DNA of 64,000 nt from an uncultured Candidatus Bathyarchaeia archaeon (GTDB lineage: Archaea; Thermoproteota; Bathyarchaeia; 40CM-2-53-6). Made by a program: the position numbers and the translations under genes. Positions within the stretch are counted from its first letter, which is position 1, and the number at the start of each line of letters is the position of its first letter. This document shows positions 1-10,200 of this stretch, piece by piece. Under the pieces are notes generated by a model, which did not search any database, had not been told where the DNA came from, and saw only the letters and a list, made by a program, of their open reading frames with translations. The DNA is taken from the NCBI GenBank assembly GCA_964559555.1, contig CAZLHM010000006.1, positions 9,008 through 73,007 of the forward strand, given 5' to 3'.

Positions 1-695
1 CAACGTACAACGAGCGTGAGACTATCTCGAAGCTCGTTCCTTGGGTCCTTGACGTATTCCGAGAGAACGGGATCGATGGGTGGATACTGATCGTAGATGA
101 CTCAAGTCCAGATGGAACCGGTCAACTTGCGGATGCTCTCTCGAAGGAGTACGCCAGTGTACGAGTCCTTCACAGGCAGGGAAAGCTCGGCATCGGCAGC
201 GCCTACAAGGACGCATTCAATCACATCCTCGCCGACGGAGAGACTGGGGTCATTGTTGAGATGGACGCCGATCTGTCACATGATCCGATCTATCTCCCTT
301 CCCTCATCCGTGCGGCTGAAAGCGTTGGAGGTGTCGGTCTTGGCTCACGGTACGTAGAGGGGGGCCAGATAGTCGGCTGGCCAAGAAGAAGAAAGCTCGT
401 CAGTTGGGGTGCAAACTTCCTTGTTCGCATGATCCTCTGGCTGAAAGTCAAAGACTCTACTAGTGGCTATAGAGCCTACGTGAGGGAGGCTCTGGTGAAG
501 ATCGGATATGGCGATGCAGGCACAAGGGCGTATGCGTTCCAAGTCGAGATGCTCTACAAGTGCCTTCAGCACCACTTCAATATCGAAGAGGTGCCGATCA
601 CGTTCCACGAGCGTCAGCTCGGGAAGTCGAAGCTTGCCAAGGCGGACATCCTGGACTTCATGAAGACAGTTCTAAGGCTGCGGTTCCAACTCTGA
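1..695 (+). CDS. Glycosyltransferase family 2, dolichyl-phosphate mannose synthase (DPM1)-like; 5' end lies outside the window
   Basis: The frame is open from base 3. The translation TYNERETISKLVPWVLDVFRENGIDGWILIVDDSSPDGTGQLADAL...VIVEMDADLSHDP carries the GT2 DxD/DAD-type signature, and the C-terminal part matches DPM1-like enzymes. Confidence 0.75.
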   Translation, partial: TYNERETISKLVPWVLDVFRENGIDGWILIVDDSSPDGTGQLADALSKEYASVRVLHRQGKLGIGSAYKDAFNHILADGETGVIVEMDADLSHDPIYLPSLIRAAESVGGVGLGSRYVEGGQIVGWPRRRKLVSWGANFLVRMILWLKVKDSTSGYRAYVREALVKIGYGDAGTRAYAFQVEMLYKCLQHHFNIEEVPITFHERQLGKSKLAKADILDFMKTVLRLRFQL

Positions 696-702
696 ATCTG
701 CT

Positions 703-1146
703 CTACTTGAGTAGGCTCCGTCTATCGACGACCAGAAGCAACGACACGACTAGACCTATCGCGTAGAAGACGAGTGACACGTTGAATGCTGTCACCGCAT
801 CATTGGGATACCATCCGAAGACCGTTACTGAGTAGTAGAGCGCGGATGAGACCAGTACCATTCCGAGTGGAAACAGGACTAGTGCCAACCACAATCCGAA
901 GCGCTGCTCGAACAGGATTCCCAGTCCGGTTGCGATTGAGGCCAGACTCAAAGCCATCAGAGGAAGAAGTGTGAGATCGTAGATAGCGGAGAACACAAGC
1001 CCGTATACCCCGAGTATGATGAAGATGACACTGGCGACGAGCAATGCTGTCGCGCGAGTTCGCTCGAGACCTCTCTTCTCAGCCAACGTGTTCAACTCAA
1101 GCGTCAGGCCTAACACAGACTCACGTATATCGTCTTTTGGGTCCAT
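703..1146 (-). CDS. Hypothetical integral membrane protein (about 4 TM)
   Basis: The 147 aa ORF has four long hydrophobic segments and no recognisable motif. Confidence 0.45.
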   Translation of the reverse strand: MDPKDDIRESVLGLTLELNTLAEKRGLERTRATALLVASVIFIILGVYGLVFSAIYDLTLLPLMALSLASIATGLGILFEQRFGLWLALVLFPLGMVLVSSALYYSVTVFGWYPNDAVTAFNVSLVFYAIGLVVSLLLVVDRRSLLK

Positions 1147-1269
1147 TTCTCCCGCCTCGAGGATCTCGTGCGCCAGGCTTGTGGCTGTTGACGCGACCGA
1201 ATTGACGCCTTGCGTATCCTATGGTATGACGCAAAGAGAAAAAGAGAAGGGGTTCTTGCGGGCGGGTAC

Positions 1270-1785
1270 CTACCAGAGTGGTATGTTCGCGAACTTCCTG
1301 TGCAGGATTGCGTCGAGTCCTAGGATCCTGCCGCCAGGCGCTACGATCATGGCTAGTTGTGCACCGATCATGACTAGGTTGATGCCTGCCGTCGATGGTG
1401 AGGTGTGACCAGCGGCGAAGTAGAAAATCACGTTCATGACTATTCCACCGACAGCGCCGAAGCGAGTCAGTAGGCCGAGAAGTAGGCTGACTCCGACGAG
1501 TATTTCGGTAACGGCTATCGCGGTCACAACTGCTCCGGCATTCGGAGCCGCTGTGTTAGCTAGGAAGTCCACCATGAATGGGTAGGGATTCGTCTTCGTC
1601 CAGACAGAACCGAAGACTGTGACGAACCCAGCGAAGTAGCCGCTCGGGTCGGTCAGGATGTGCTCGATCTTTCCACTTCCAGAGTTCAACCACTCGTATG
1701 CCAAGAAAAGTCTAACCAGGAGTACCGAAATCGCTGCGTTCGACACCTGAAGTTGTGCCCTGCTAATGGTTTCTGCGATTGTCAT
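1270..1785 (-). CDS. DoxX family membrane protein
   Basis: The 171 aa product has 4 TM helices with a DoxX-like pattern (YEWLNSGSGK...; FAGF...; LLGLLTRFGAVGG). Confidence 0.6.
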   Translation of the reverse strand: MTIAETISRAQLQVSNAAISVLLVRLFLAYEWLNSGSGKIEHILTDPSGYFAGFVTVFGSVWTKTNPYPFMVDFLANTAAPNAGAVVTAIAVTEILVGVSLLLGLLTRFGAVGGIVMNVIFYFAAGHTSPSTAGINLVMIGAQLAMIVAPGGRILGLDAILHRKFANIPLW

Positions 1786-1872
1786 CGCTATGACCTTGGC
1801 GTGCTCGATGATATTATGATATTTAAGGATTGGGCAATTATTATGATCGTCATCACGAAAAAGGCACTAACC

Positions 1873-2610
1873 TTACTCCGGCCGAACCGTATATAGTACG
1901 TATTCACAAAAGCCGTCTCCTCGACCGACGCAGCGGAGCTGCTTGGCTTGTGCCCTCGGAATAGTGCTCTTTAGAAGTCCGTCCAAAAGGCCGTCGTCGA
2001 ATCCGCCGCAGACGAGGTCTGGATGCTCCCTCGCGAGCTCAGATAGAACGCAATTGTGTATCCTGTATCTCACTGACTGACCAGTGACCTCCACTATTTC
2101 GGGTACTGCGCCCATTCCGTCCAAATGCAGTTCCACGAAATACTTCTTGAGCATCCTCATGTCCCATCTCTCCACACCGTGCTTAGATGTGAGTTCTCGT
2201 GCCAAGTTGGACCCGAACTCGTGTCCCATTGTCCAGAGGGTTGTTTTCGTCTTCTGGGGACCTAGGTTGCGGATGAGTCCTTGCAGCAAGATGTTCGAAA
2301 TGATCTCATAATGTCTCCTCGGAAACTCCACAGAAATGGGTTTCTGTGTTGCGTGATACCTCACGATGGGTCTTCCAACTTTCCCCCGTTGTTCGCTTGC
2401 CTCTCTTATCATGCCAAGCAGTTTGAGCATGTTGAGGTGGTGGCGGACGGTGATGGTCTTCAGCGAGAGTATCTGTGCAAGCTCAGCTGCACTCATGTCC
2501 TTCGTCGCCAGTAGCTTCAAGATGTTGACTCTTGAACGGCTTGACAGCACCTTGCTGAGCTCAGTCATACTCAAGGGACGCACGGGTTTCAGATGATAAT
2601 TATGACACAC
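1873..2610 (-). CDS. ArsR-family wHTH transcriptional regulator with a C-terminal Cys-containing V4R-like domain
   Basis: The N-terminal LSKVLSSRSRVNILKLLATKDMSAAELAQILSLKTITVRHHLNMLKLLGMI is a typical ArsR HTH. The C-terminus has HNCVLSE...LVCGGFDDG...CVGRGDGFCEY, which looks like V4R. The likely start is the internal MTELSK near 2568. Confidence 0.6.
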   Translation of the reverse strand: MCHNYHLKPVRPLSMTELSKVLSSRSRVNILKLLATKDMSAAELAQILSLKTITVRHHLNMLKLLGMIREASEQRGKVGRPIVRYHATQKPISVEFPRRHYEIISNILLQGLIRNLGPQKTKTTLWTMGHEFGSNLARELTSKHGVERWDMRMLKKYFVELHLDGMGAVPEIVEVTGQSVRYRIHNCVLSELAREHPDLVCGGFDDGLLDGLLKSTIPRAQAKQLRCVGRGDGFCEYVLYTVRPE

Positions 2611-2674
2611 TTAATCTTTTCACCAGACGAGTCCAAGCTCATGGGCAGAGATTGACGCGGAACTTGATAGGCTA

Positions 2675-3230
2675 CTACGAGTCGGTCGGCTTGACAAGCG
2701 CCGCGATCTCGTCTGTCAGCGTCTGGCCGTTGTCGTCCAAGTCTACAACTCGGATTCCCGCAATCTGACTGGGATGCTCTCGGGCAGAAATCACTCCGGT
2801 GATCGCGAGCACGGGGGCAGACGTGCCTTCCAGCCTGTCCAGCGCGTCTCTCTCATCTTTCGCTGTAATAATCTTGACAACGTCAGACCTTCTCGAGACC
2901 TCCGTGTGGAAACCCTCTAGTAGAAGGACATCCAGTTTCTGCGCCCCCAGCAGCTCAGAAAGTGCTTCGAGCGTGAAGCGCGATGTATCCATTTTCCTGA
3001 TCAGGGCGAGCTCTGTTGGAGCAACGGCGACCACCACCCTCGAACCTGCCGAAGCATGCCTGCCTGTGTCTTTCCTAGGCTGGTCAATTGAGGCTCCGAA
3101 ATCATGCATATGCTTGGCAGATCCGACCTTCAACCCTTTGTTCGACAGCTGTCGAACCAGATATTCGATCGTCGTGGTCTTTCCAGAGTTCTTCGAGCCG
3201 ACGATTGATATGATCCTCAGCCTTGACCAT
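2675..3230 (-). CDS. mobB: Molybdopterin-guanine dinucleotide biosynthesis protein B (MobB), with an anomalous start (see finding)
   Basis: The tracked ORF 2675-3133 begins at TTG (LKVGSAKHMHDF). The Walker A region RIISIVGSKNSGKTTTIEYLVRQLSNKG is encoded in-frame upstream (3217-3134) with no ATG/GTG/TTG in that frame. An ATG at 3230 with an SD-free leader sits in the +1 frame only 13 nt upstream. Confidence 0.6.
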
Positions 3231-3258
3231 CTCGTCGTTGATTGTGTGTGCGAAGGGG

Positions 3259-4506
3259 CTACCTCATGGCTGCGTGCTCCAGTTTTCCAAACAATGTCAC
3301 TTTGATCTTCTGGCCTCTTCTGATCTGTCTGGATGGAGGGAGAAGAGCAAATCCGTTGGCTCGTGAGAGTGAGCTCAATATGTTCGTCCCACCGTGAATG
3401 GGCTCTGCAAGCAATCTTTGCGCCCTCCGTCTAATTCGGAGCCGCAGAAATGTGTGGACGGGCGCCTTCTCGACCGCTGACTCTAGGTCTGCATGGAGGG
3501 TCGGTAGCAACTGGCTCTGTTCGCTCCCTGCGAGCTTAGCAAGCGTCGGAAGGACAAATGTGTAGAATGCCATTGTGCACGACGCTATATGGCCGGGCAA
3601 CATGAAGACGGGCTTGCCCCGAACAAAACCGACACCTGCTACGTGCCCAGGCCTTATTTTCACGCCGTGAGCGACAACCTCGCCGAGCCTACGAATGGCG
3701 TCCGGCACAAAGTCCTTCTCCCCGACTGAACAACCGCCGATGGTGGCGACTGCATCCGCAAGCCGGGTCCCTTCATCGATTCTGGCAGCAATGCTATCAG
3801 GATCATCAGGCGCGATTCCCAACAAGATCGGCGTTGCGCCAACTTCTGACGTGGCCGCGGCAATCACGTACGCATAGTTATTCACGATCTTGAGAGGGTT
3901 AAAGTGACGTATGTCGACGACTTCATCTCCAACGGACAGAATTGCCAGTTTCGGCTTTCGAAAGACCGAGACCTCACGTTTTCCTAAAGAGACCAACACA
4001 CCAAGGTCTTGGGCTCGAACGATCTGACCTCTCTTGAGTACGAGAGTTCCTTTTCTAACGTCCTCGCCGGGTCTGCTCAGTGCTTCCCCCGGCTTCACCT
4101 CCTTTAGAACAAGTATCTCGTTCCCAGACCTCCTCGTGTTCTCGACTTTGATCAGGCAGTCAGCACCTTTAGGCACGGGAGCGCCACAGGCCACATAGTA
4201 CGCCTCCCTGTCTCTGAGTCTGCGTTTGGTCGGGTAATCCTCGGGGAAGAGTCTCCCCGCCAAGCGTAGGCCCACTGGATGAGCAGCAGATGCACCACTG
4301 GTCCAGCGCGCTCTTGTTGCGTACCCGTCCACCCATGGTCTGACAAAGAAGGGAATGTCGATTGCAGATGTGATGTCCTCGCACAGGATTCTTCCAAGAG
4401 CGTCCTTGACAGGAACGCGCTCGGCGGGCACAGGTCCCAAGCGTATTCGCAGTCTAATCAGACGTAGAATGGCCTGAGGTGTTCTGAAATCCAGTTTTCT
4501 GGTCAT
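3259..4506 (-). CDS. moeA: Molybdopterin molybdotransferase MoeA
   Basis: The 415 aa product has the MoeA N-terminal domains and an MoCF-binding domain (..GGCSVGEKDFVPDAI.., GATPILLGIAPDDPD). Confidence 0.85.
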   Translation of the reverse strand: MTRKLDFRTPQAILRLIRLRIRLGPVPAERVPVKDALGRILCEDITSAIDIPFFVRPWVDGYATRARWTSGASAAHPVGLRLAGRLFPEDYPTKRRLRDREAYYVACGAPVPKGADCLIKVENTRRSGNEILVLKEVKPGEALSRPGEDVRKGTLVLKRGQIVRAQDLGVLVSLGKREVSVFRKPKLAILSVGDEVVDIRHFNPLKIVNNYAYVIAAATSEVGATPILLGIAPDDPDSIAARIDEGTRLADAVATIGGCSVGEKDFVPDAIRRLGEVVAHGVKIRPGHVAGVGFVRGKPVFMLPGHIASCTMAFYTFVLPTLAKLAGSEQSQLLPTLHADLESAVEKAPVHTFLRLRIRRRAQRLLAEPIHGGTNILSSLSRANGFALLPPSRQIRRGQKIKVTLFGKLEHAAMR

Positions 4507-4797
4507 GTGGACGTACGTCCCCCTGATTGGTCAGGTGAGGAGATGAGTGCTATTTATGATACTGACTGTTATTTGTCCTCAGGAGATATTCTCTAGACGA
4601 TGACATTTCGTACATTGTCCTGGGCTCGAGTCACTTGGATTGTCATAAGCGCAAGCGTTCCTCTTCTGAGGTTCTTTCCTGCGCGAGTCAGTCCTCTGGA
4701 CGTTCTAGGGAAGAATGTTGACCGAGAACTCAACAGAAAATAGGGAGATCGGCAGTACGTTGAGCTAGGTATGCAACATCCCGCCGAATAGAGGTCA

Positions 4798-5721
4798 GTG
4801 AGATTGATTCCGGATCAGGTCCGACTTCATGTCTCTCCATCTCAAATCTTCTCGGGACTTGCGAAGCCGTTCACCGAGGCGAAGTATGTGGTGCTTGGCG
4901 TGCCATTCGACCGAACAAGCACGTATCGAGCAGGCTCAAAGTTTGGCCCCTCTGCCATTCGAGACGCCTCCCTGAACATTGAGACGTACAGCGTCCGTTC
5001 CAAGTTCGATCTAGAAGACGCTCCAATTTGTGATATCGGGGATCTACATGCTGTGGACATCGTTGATGAGACGCTTCGCCGTCTGACGGAAGTTGAAGCT
5101 CACCTTGTTGCGGCTTCGAAGGTCCCGGTCGTTCTTGGAGGAGAGCATACGATCTCGCTTGGAGCAATTGTCTCCTTTCCCAAAGATGTTGGAGTTGTAT
5201 GCTTCGACGCTCATGCGGACATGCGAGATGAATACATGGGTGAGAAGATTACGCACGCGACATTCCTCAGAAGAGTCATAGAGAAGATTGGGCCAGAGAA
5301 AGTCGTACATGTCGGCCTGAGGGCATTCTGCAAAGAGGAACTCGCTTTCATCGAGAAGAACCGCGTAAAGCATTTCCCGATGCATGATTTGAAGCGCCAC
5401 AGCGTCAGAGAAGCCGCACGGCTCGTCCGGGCAGCGACCTCAGATCTCAAGAGATTGTATGTCACCATAGACATTGACGTGCTTGATCCTGGTTTTGCTC
5501 CAGGAACAGGAAACCCTGAACCGGACGGGATGTCACCGGACCTCTGCCTTAGTCTTCTGGCGCGCGTGTGCGATGAGAGGTTGATAGGATTTGATGTTGT
5601 GGAGGTATCTCCGCACTATGATACCGGAATCACCGCTGTGCTTGCAGCGAAGATACTCTTCGAAGCGATCTGTGCGGCAGAGGCGAGCAGACCAAGGGCG
5701 AGACAGACAAGACTTAGCTAG
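4798..5721 (+). CDS. speB: Agmatinase / arginase-family ureohydrolase
   Basis: Mn-binding motifs are present: GGEHTISLGAI, DAHADM, DIDVLDPGFAPGTGNPEPDGM. This is the arginase fold. Confidence 0.8.
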   Translation: MRLIPDQVRLHVSPSQIFSGLAKPFTEAKYVVLGVPFDRTSTYRAGSKFGPSAIRDASLNIETYSVRSKFDLEDAPICDIGDLHAVDIVDETLRRLTEVEAHLVAASKVPVVLGGEHTISLGAIVSFPKDVGVVCFDAHADMRDEYMGEKITHATFLRRVIEKIGPEKVVHVGLRAFCKEELAFIEKNRVKHFPMHDLKRHSVREAARLVRAATSDLKRLYVTIDIDVLDPGFAPGTGNPEPDGMSPDLCLSLLARVCDERLIGFDVVEVSPHYDTGITAVLAAKILFEAICAAEASRPRARQTRLS

Positions 5722-7078
5722 TTCGCATCATCTTCGCGATGAAGTGACCGTTGCAGTCGTGAATGTGTGGGTACAACCGTTGACCTTTATCCAGTCCATA
5801 CAGTCCGGGTAGCCCTATTCTCGGTTTTGCGTCTGTCACCTGGAAATCAGGATGAACGCGTAGAAATCGGTCGACAACGTATTCATTCTCCTCTGGAAGA
5901 ATGGTGCACGTACTGTACACAAGGCAGCCATCCTTCCGTAGATATTGCGACGCGTTCTCAAGCATCATGGATTGCATGCCCGCGAGCTGACGGACGCGCT
6001 CGGGTGTGACTCTCCACTTTGCGGCGGGTGATTTCCAGAAGGTTCCTGTATTGCTGCACGGGGGGTCCAGAATGACAACGTTGACTTGTTTCTCAATGGG
6101 TAGAGGTTTCGTGCTGTCCGCCACCAGTGGATGGGCGATCTCGACTCCAAGTCGTGACATTTCCCGTTTCCACAAAGCCATTCTGAGTGATGACTTGTCC
6201 ACGGAATACACCGCTCCGTCATTCTCCATCAGTTCCGCCAGATGTGCGGTCTTAGAGCCAGGTGCCGCGCACAAATCGAGAACAGAGTCCCCTGGTCTCG
6301 GAGCTGCAACCAAGCTGGCAAGGACGCTGGCTTTATCCTGAATCACTACCATTCCGTTTCTAAAGGGCTCCGATCTTACGATCGGTCGTCTAGAGTGCTG
6401 AACCTTGAATGTGAGCCGCATACCATCCACAGGATCGATTCTGATCCCGGCTCGCTCAATCGCACGAAGACAGTCTTTCTCAGTTCCTTGCAAGGTGTTG
6501 ATTCGGATATATGACGTGGTTCGAGTGGAGTTTCTTTGCATCAACCTCAGCGTCGACGGTCTACCGAGGATACGAGTACAGGCAGACATGAACCACTTCG
6601 GATGGAAGTATCCTAGGGCCTCAGCCTCGTACGATGAAATGCGATCCAATAGCCTTTCGGGTTCCGTCGAAATAATGTGTCCTAGGGTGAGCTCGAATGG
6701 GTGAAGATCCCTCCAACCCAGTACCGAACGTGCTGCCCGCACAAGGCGAGTGATATCGTGTTCACTGGCTCGGTGGAACTCCGCCCAATAGCAGAGCATC
6801 CTGAGGAAGCTCGATACGCCGTGCTGGAGAGACATTAAATCGATCTCGCTCGACATGGCGATCCGAATGATGTGGTCGATGAAGTTCCGGTGACGAGATG
6901 TCTCGAGCACAAGTAGCTGAGCAGTCCTCAGCTGGTCACTCTTGGTCACTTGGAGTTGTCTCGCCGCCTTGGCGAATGACGCGCGCTCGCTGAGTCCTTG
7001 AAGTTCCATCCAACTTAGCGCTTCGATAGCTAAAGCGACCGCGTCACGCACTACTCTCATCCACTTCGAGCGAATCAT
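5714..7078 (-). CDS. RsmB/NOP2/Sun-family RNA (cytosine-C5)-methyltransferase
   Basis: It has a NusB-like N-terminus, the SAM motif VLDLCAAPGSKTAHLA, and catalytic DPPCS and TCT(I/S) motifs (ILDPPCSNTG, YSTCTILPEENE). Its 3' end overlaps speB by 8 nt, convergently. Confidence 0.8.
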   Translation of the reverse strand: MIRSKWMRVVRDAVALAIEALSWMELQGLSERASFAKAARQLQVTKSDQLRTAQLLVLETSRHRNFIDHIIRIAMSSEIDLMSLQHGVSSFLRMLCYWAEFHRASEHDITRLVRAARSVLGWRDLHPFELTLGHIISTEPERLLDRISSYEAEALGYFHPKWFMSACTRILGRPSTLRLMQRNSTRTTSYIRINTLQGTEKDCLRAIERAGIRIDPVDGMRLTFKVQHSRRPIVRSEPFRNGMVVIQDKASVLASLVAAPRPGDSVLDLCAAPGSKTAHLAELMENDGAVYSVDKSSLRMALWKREMSRLGVEIAHPLVADSTKPLPIEKQVNVVILDPPCSNTGTFWKSPAAKWRVTPERVRQLAGMQSMMLENASQYLRKDGCLVYSTCTILPEENEYVVDRFLRVHPDFQVTDAKPRIGLPGLYGLDKGQRLYPHIHDCNGHFIAKMMRTS

Positions 7079-7221
7079 CCTGCTCTCTTGAACAACTGAC
7101 CTGCCTCGGTTTGTGTCTCGGTGCTATATTTGTGTACGTTGCCTAGGCAGCAGTCATGGCGGCATAAACGCTATCTGGACTAGTCGAGGTAGTCTTCGAG
7201 CAGGATGGAGCACTCCGACGG

Positions 7222-10200
7222 ATGCAGACGCTCGACGAATATGTTCTCCGGCCAAGAGAATCTGTGTCCCAAGAGAGACCTATCGTCGGGAAGGAACCAA
7301 GTGCTCCATCGGAGATCCCACCCTCCTACTTCGTTTCGATAGGCTACGATGGAGAGAAGAGAGCTTGCTATCTTCGACTATATGAGCCGAAGACTCACCG
7401 AATCTACGAATGGTACGACACAACCGGTCACAAACCGTACTGTTACTCTGACAAGTCTGAAGAGGAACTCCGAACTAATGACGCGGTAACGAAGAATCCG
7501 GGATTCGAGACGTTCAAGAAGGAAGAGAAGTATGACGCGCTTCGCTTCCAGACAGTGAGCCGCACCAAGTTAGTCGCCAAAGATCCCCTAACGATCGGAG
7601 GAAAACCCATCGGTTCAATACGTGATGCCATCCGCGCATGGGAGGCTGACATAAAATACGTGGAGAACTATATCTACGACAAGAATCTTGAACCTGGAAT
7701 GATGTACGAAGTCAAAGGAGGAGAGCTCGCCGAAGTTAAGTTTTCCTTGGCGTCCGAATCGCTCACGCAAGTAGCGCGACTGCTTCAAACGGAATCAGAG
7801 GATTATCAAAGGCTGGCAATTGAATGGATGCGTCTTCTGGAATGTCCTGTGCCAACCTACCTGAGAGCTGCGCTTGACATCGAGGTCTTCTCTCCGGTCA
7901 CGACCAGAATACCTGACCCTGAGACCGCAGACCAAGAAGTCATCTGCGCAAGCCTCGTCGGCTCAGACAACAAGAAACGTGTCCTCCTCCTAAAGAAGAA
8001 GGACAAGGAGCAGGGACGGATCGCGTTTGCTCAGGATGCTTTGGTCGAGTTCTATGAAACTGAGAAACAACTACTAGCTGAGCTTTTCAGGGGAATGCTG
8101 GAGTATCCGTTGATTCTCACATTCAACGGTGATGACTTCGATCTCAAATATCTGTATCATCGCGGGCAGAACCTAGGTTTCGCGAAGAATCAGATTCCAA
8201 TCGAGATGGGTCGAGATGTTGCCTATCTGAGGTATGGCGTGCACATCGACCTCTACAAGTTCTTCTTCAATCGAGCGATACAGGTCTATGCCTTCGGACA
8301 GAAGTACCGCGAGAACACACTTGGCGAAGTCAGCGAGGCGATACTCGATAGGGGAAAGATGGAGACGACGGGTCCCGTCTCGGAACTAGACTACGGCGAG
8401 CTTGCTGCGTACTGTCTCAACGATGCCGAGATCACTCTCGAGTTGACGACATTCGACGACGATCTCGTAATGAAGCTGATGACTGCGCTATCGCGAATTA
8501 GCTACATGAGCTTGGAAGATGTATCGCGACAAGGCGTCTCCAGGTGGATAAGAAGTATGATGTACTGTCACCACAGAAAGCGGAACTACTTCATCCCTCG
8601 CGCCGACGAGATTCAGGAACTCAAAGGAGGCACAACGACCGAGGCAGTCATAAAGGGCAAGAAGTACAAGGGCGCAATCGTCGTCGAGCCACGACCCGGA
8701 GTTCACTTCAACGTCTCTGTACTGGATTTTGCTTCCCTGTATCCTTCCATCATAAAGAACTGGAACCTCGGGTACGAGACAGTCCGTTGTCCTCACTCGG
8801 ATGGGCAGTGTAGACAGAACATCGTTCCGGGAACCTCACACTGGGTCTGCAAGAGGACGAGAGCACTTGAGAGTCTGCTGATCGGCTCACTGAGGGACCT
8901 GCGCGTAAACTGGTACAAGCCACGGTCAAAGGACACATCACTAACGAAGAGCCAGCTAAGCTGGTACAAGGTCGTATCCGACGCATTGAAAGTGGTGCTA
9001 AATGCGTGTTTCACTGGCGACACCGAGGTTCTAACACCCTCCGGGAAACGAAAGATAACCGAGCTGAACGTCGGCGACGAGATCTATACACTCAACGAGA
9101 GCACCGGGACGGTGGAAGTTAAGCCGATTGTCGAGTGCCAGCACTTCGTGTACACAGGCCCGCTCGTCCAAATAGCTAGTCGCCGCGTCGACTGGAGGGT
9201 GACAGACAATCATGAGTTGTATGTCGGACGACGAAACTATAAAGCTCAGAAAAGGAGCATACAATTCTCGAAACGGAAAGCTCTCCTTGAAGCTTACGAG
9301 CTCGATAGGAGATACCTATTTCGTCACCCAGTGGTCGACTTCCTAGCCACAGACGGGGGCTTCTATGAACGGGTTAGTCTCTGGTCACAAGTACCGAGTG
9401 ATGAGGAGCTCGTCGTCATAGAACCGAACCGGCCGTGGGAGCGAAGGTTCTCACAAAGTTCAAGATTCGCACACTATTCCTTCGCTGACAAGCTGACTCA
9501 CAGCGAGGACGTTCGGTACTACAGAACGAGCAGAGATGTAATCGACTCGATCGCTGAATCTCCCAGACAATTCGAGACGCTGCATGACTGTACCCTCCAC
9601 GTCAGTGACTTTGAAGGGCTTGGGAGGCGAGGCCCATGGTCTTTCGATCCATTCGCTCTGTATGAGCTGATCGGATGGTACGTCACTGAAGGCAGTATTC
9701 AAACTGGCGAGAACAAGGCCGGCGACAAGTTCGCGAGGATCACGATCTCACAGCATCCAAAGCATCTCTCAAACCGAAAACGCATCAGATCTACTGTCAC
9801 AAGACTGGGGCTTGAGGCGAAAGTCTGGCGAACTGCCATAGCATTCAGCTCTAGAGTGATTGCCGAATTTCTCCGCGAGAAATGTGGGACGGGGAGGTGC
9901 GATAAACGTCTACCTGACTTCGTCTTTGAAGCGCCAGTACGGCTCAGGAAGATACTTCTAGAAACCATGATGCATGGCGACGGCAACATGGAGAGAGGTT
10001 ATTACTCGACCGTCTCCAAGAAACTGGGGGAAGATTTCCGGCACTTGGCATTCACCCTCGGAATAGAAACGTCTATGAGAACTGAGTCGCTGCGGGGGCC
10101 CAACCCCGTCTATAGGATCAAGCTTCATGACAAGAGGCATGACGCAATCTCATGCGGAGACTTCAGAATAACACCAGTGACCGGATTGGATGTCTACTGT

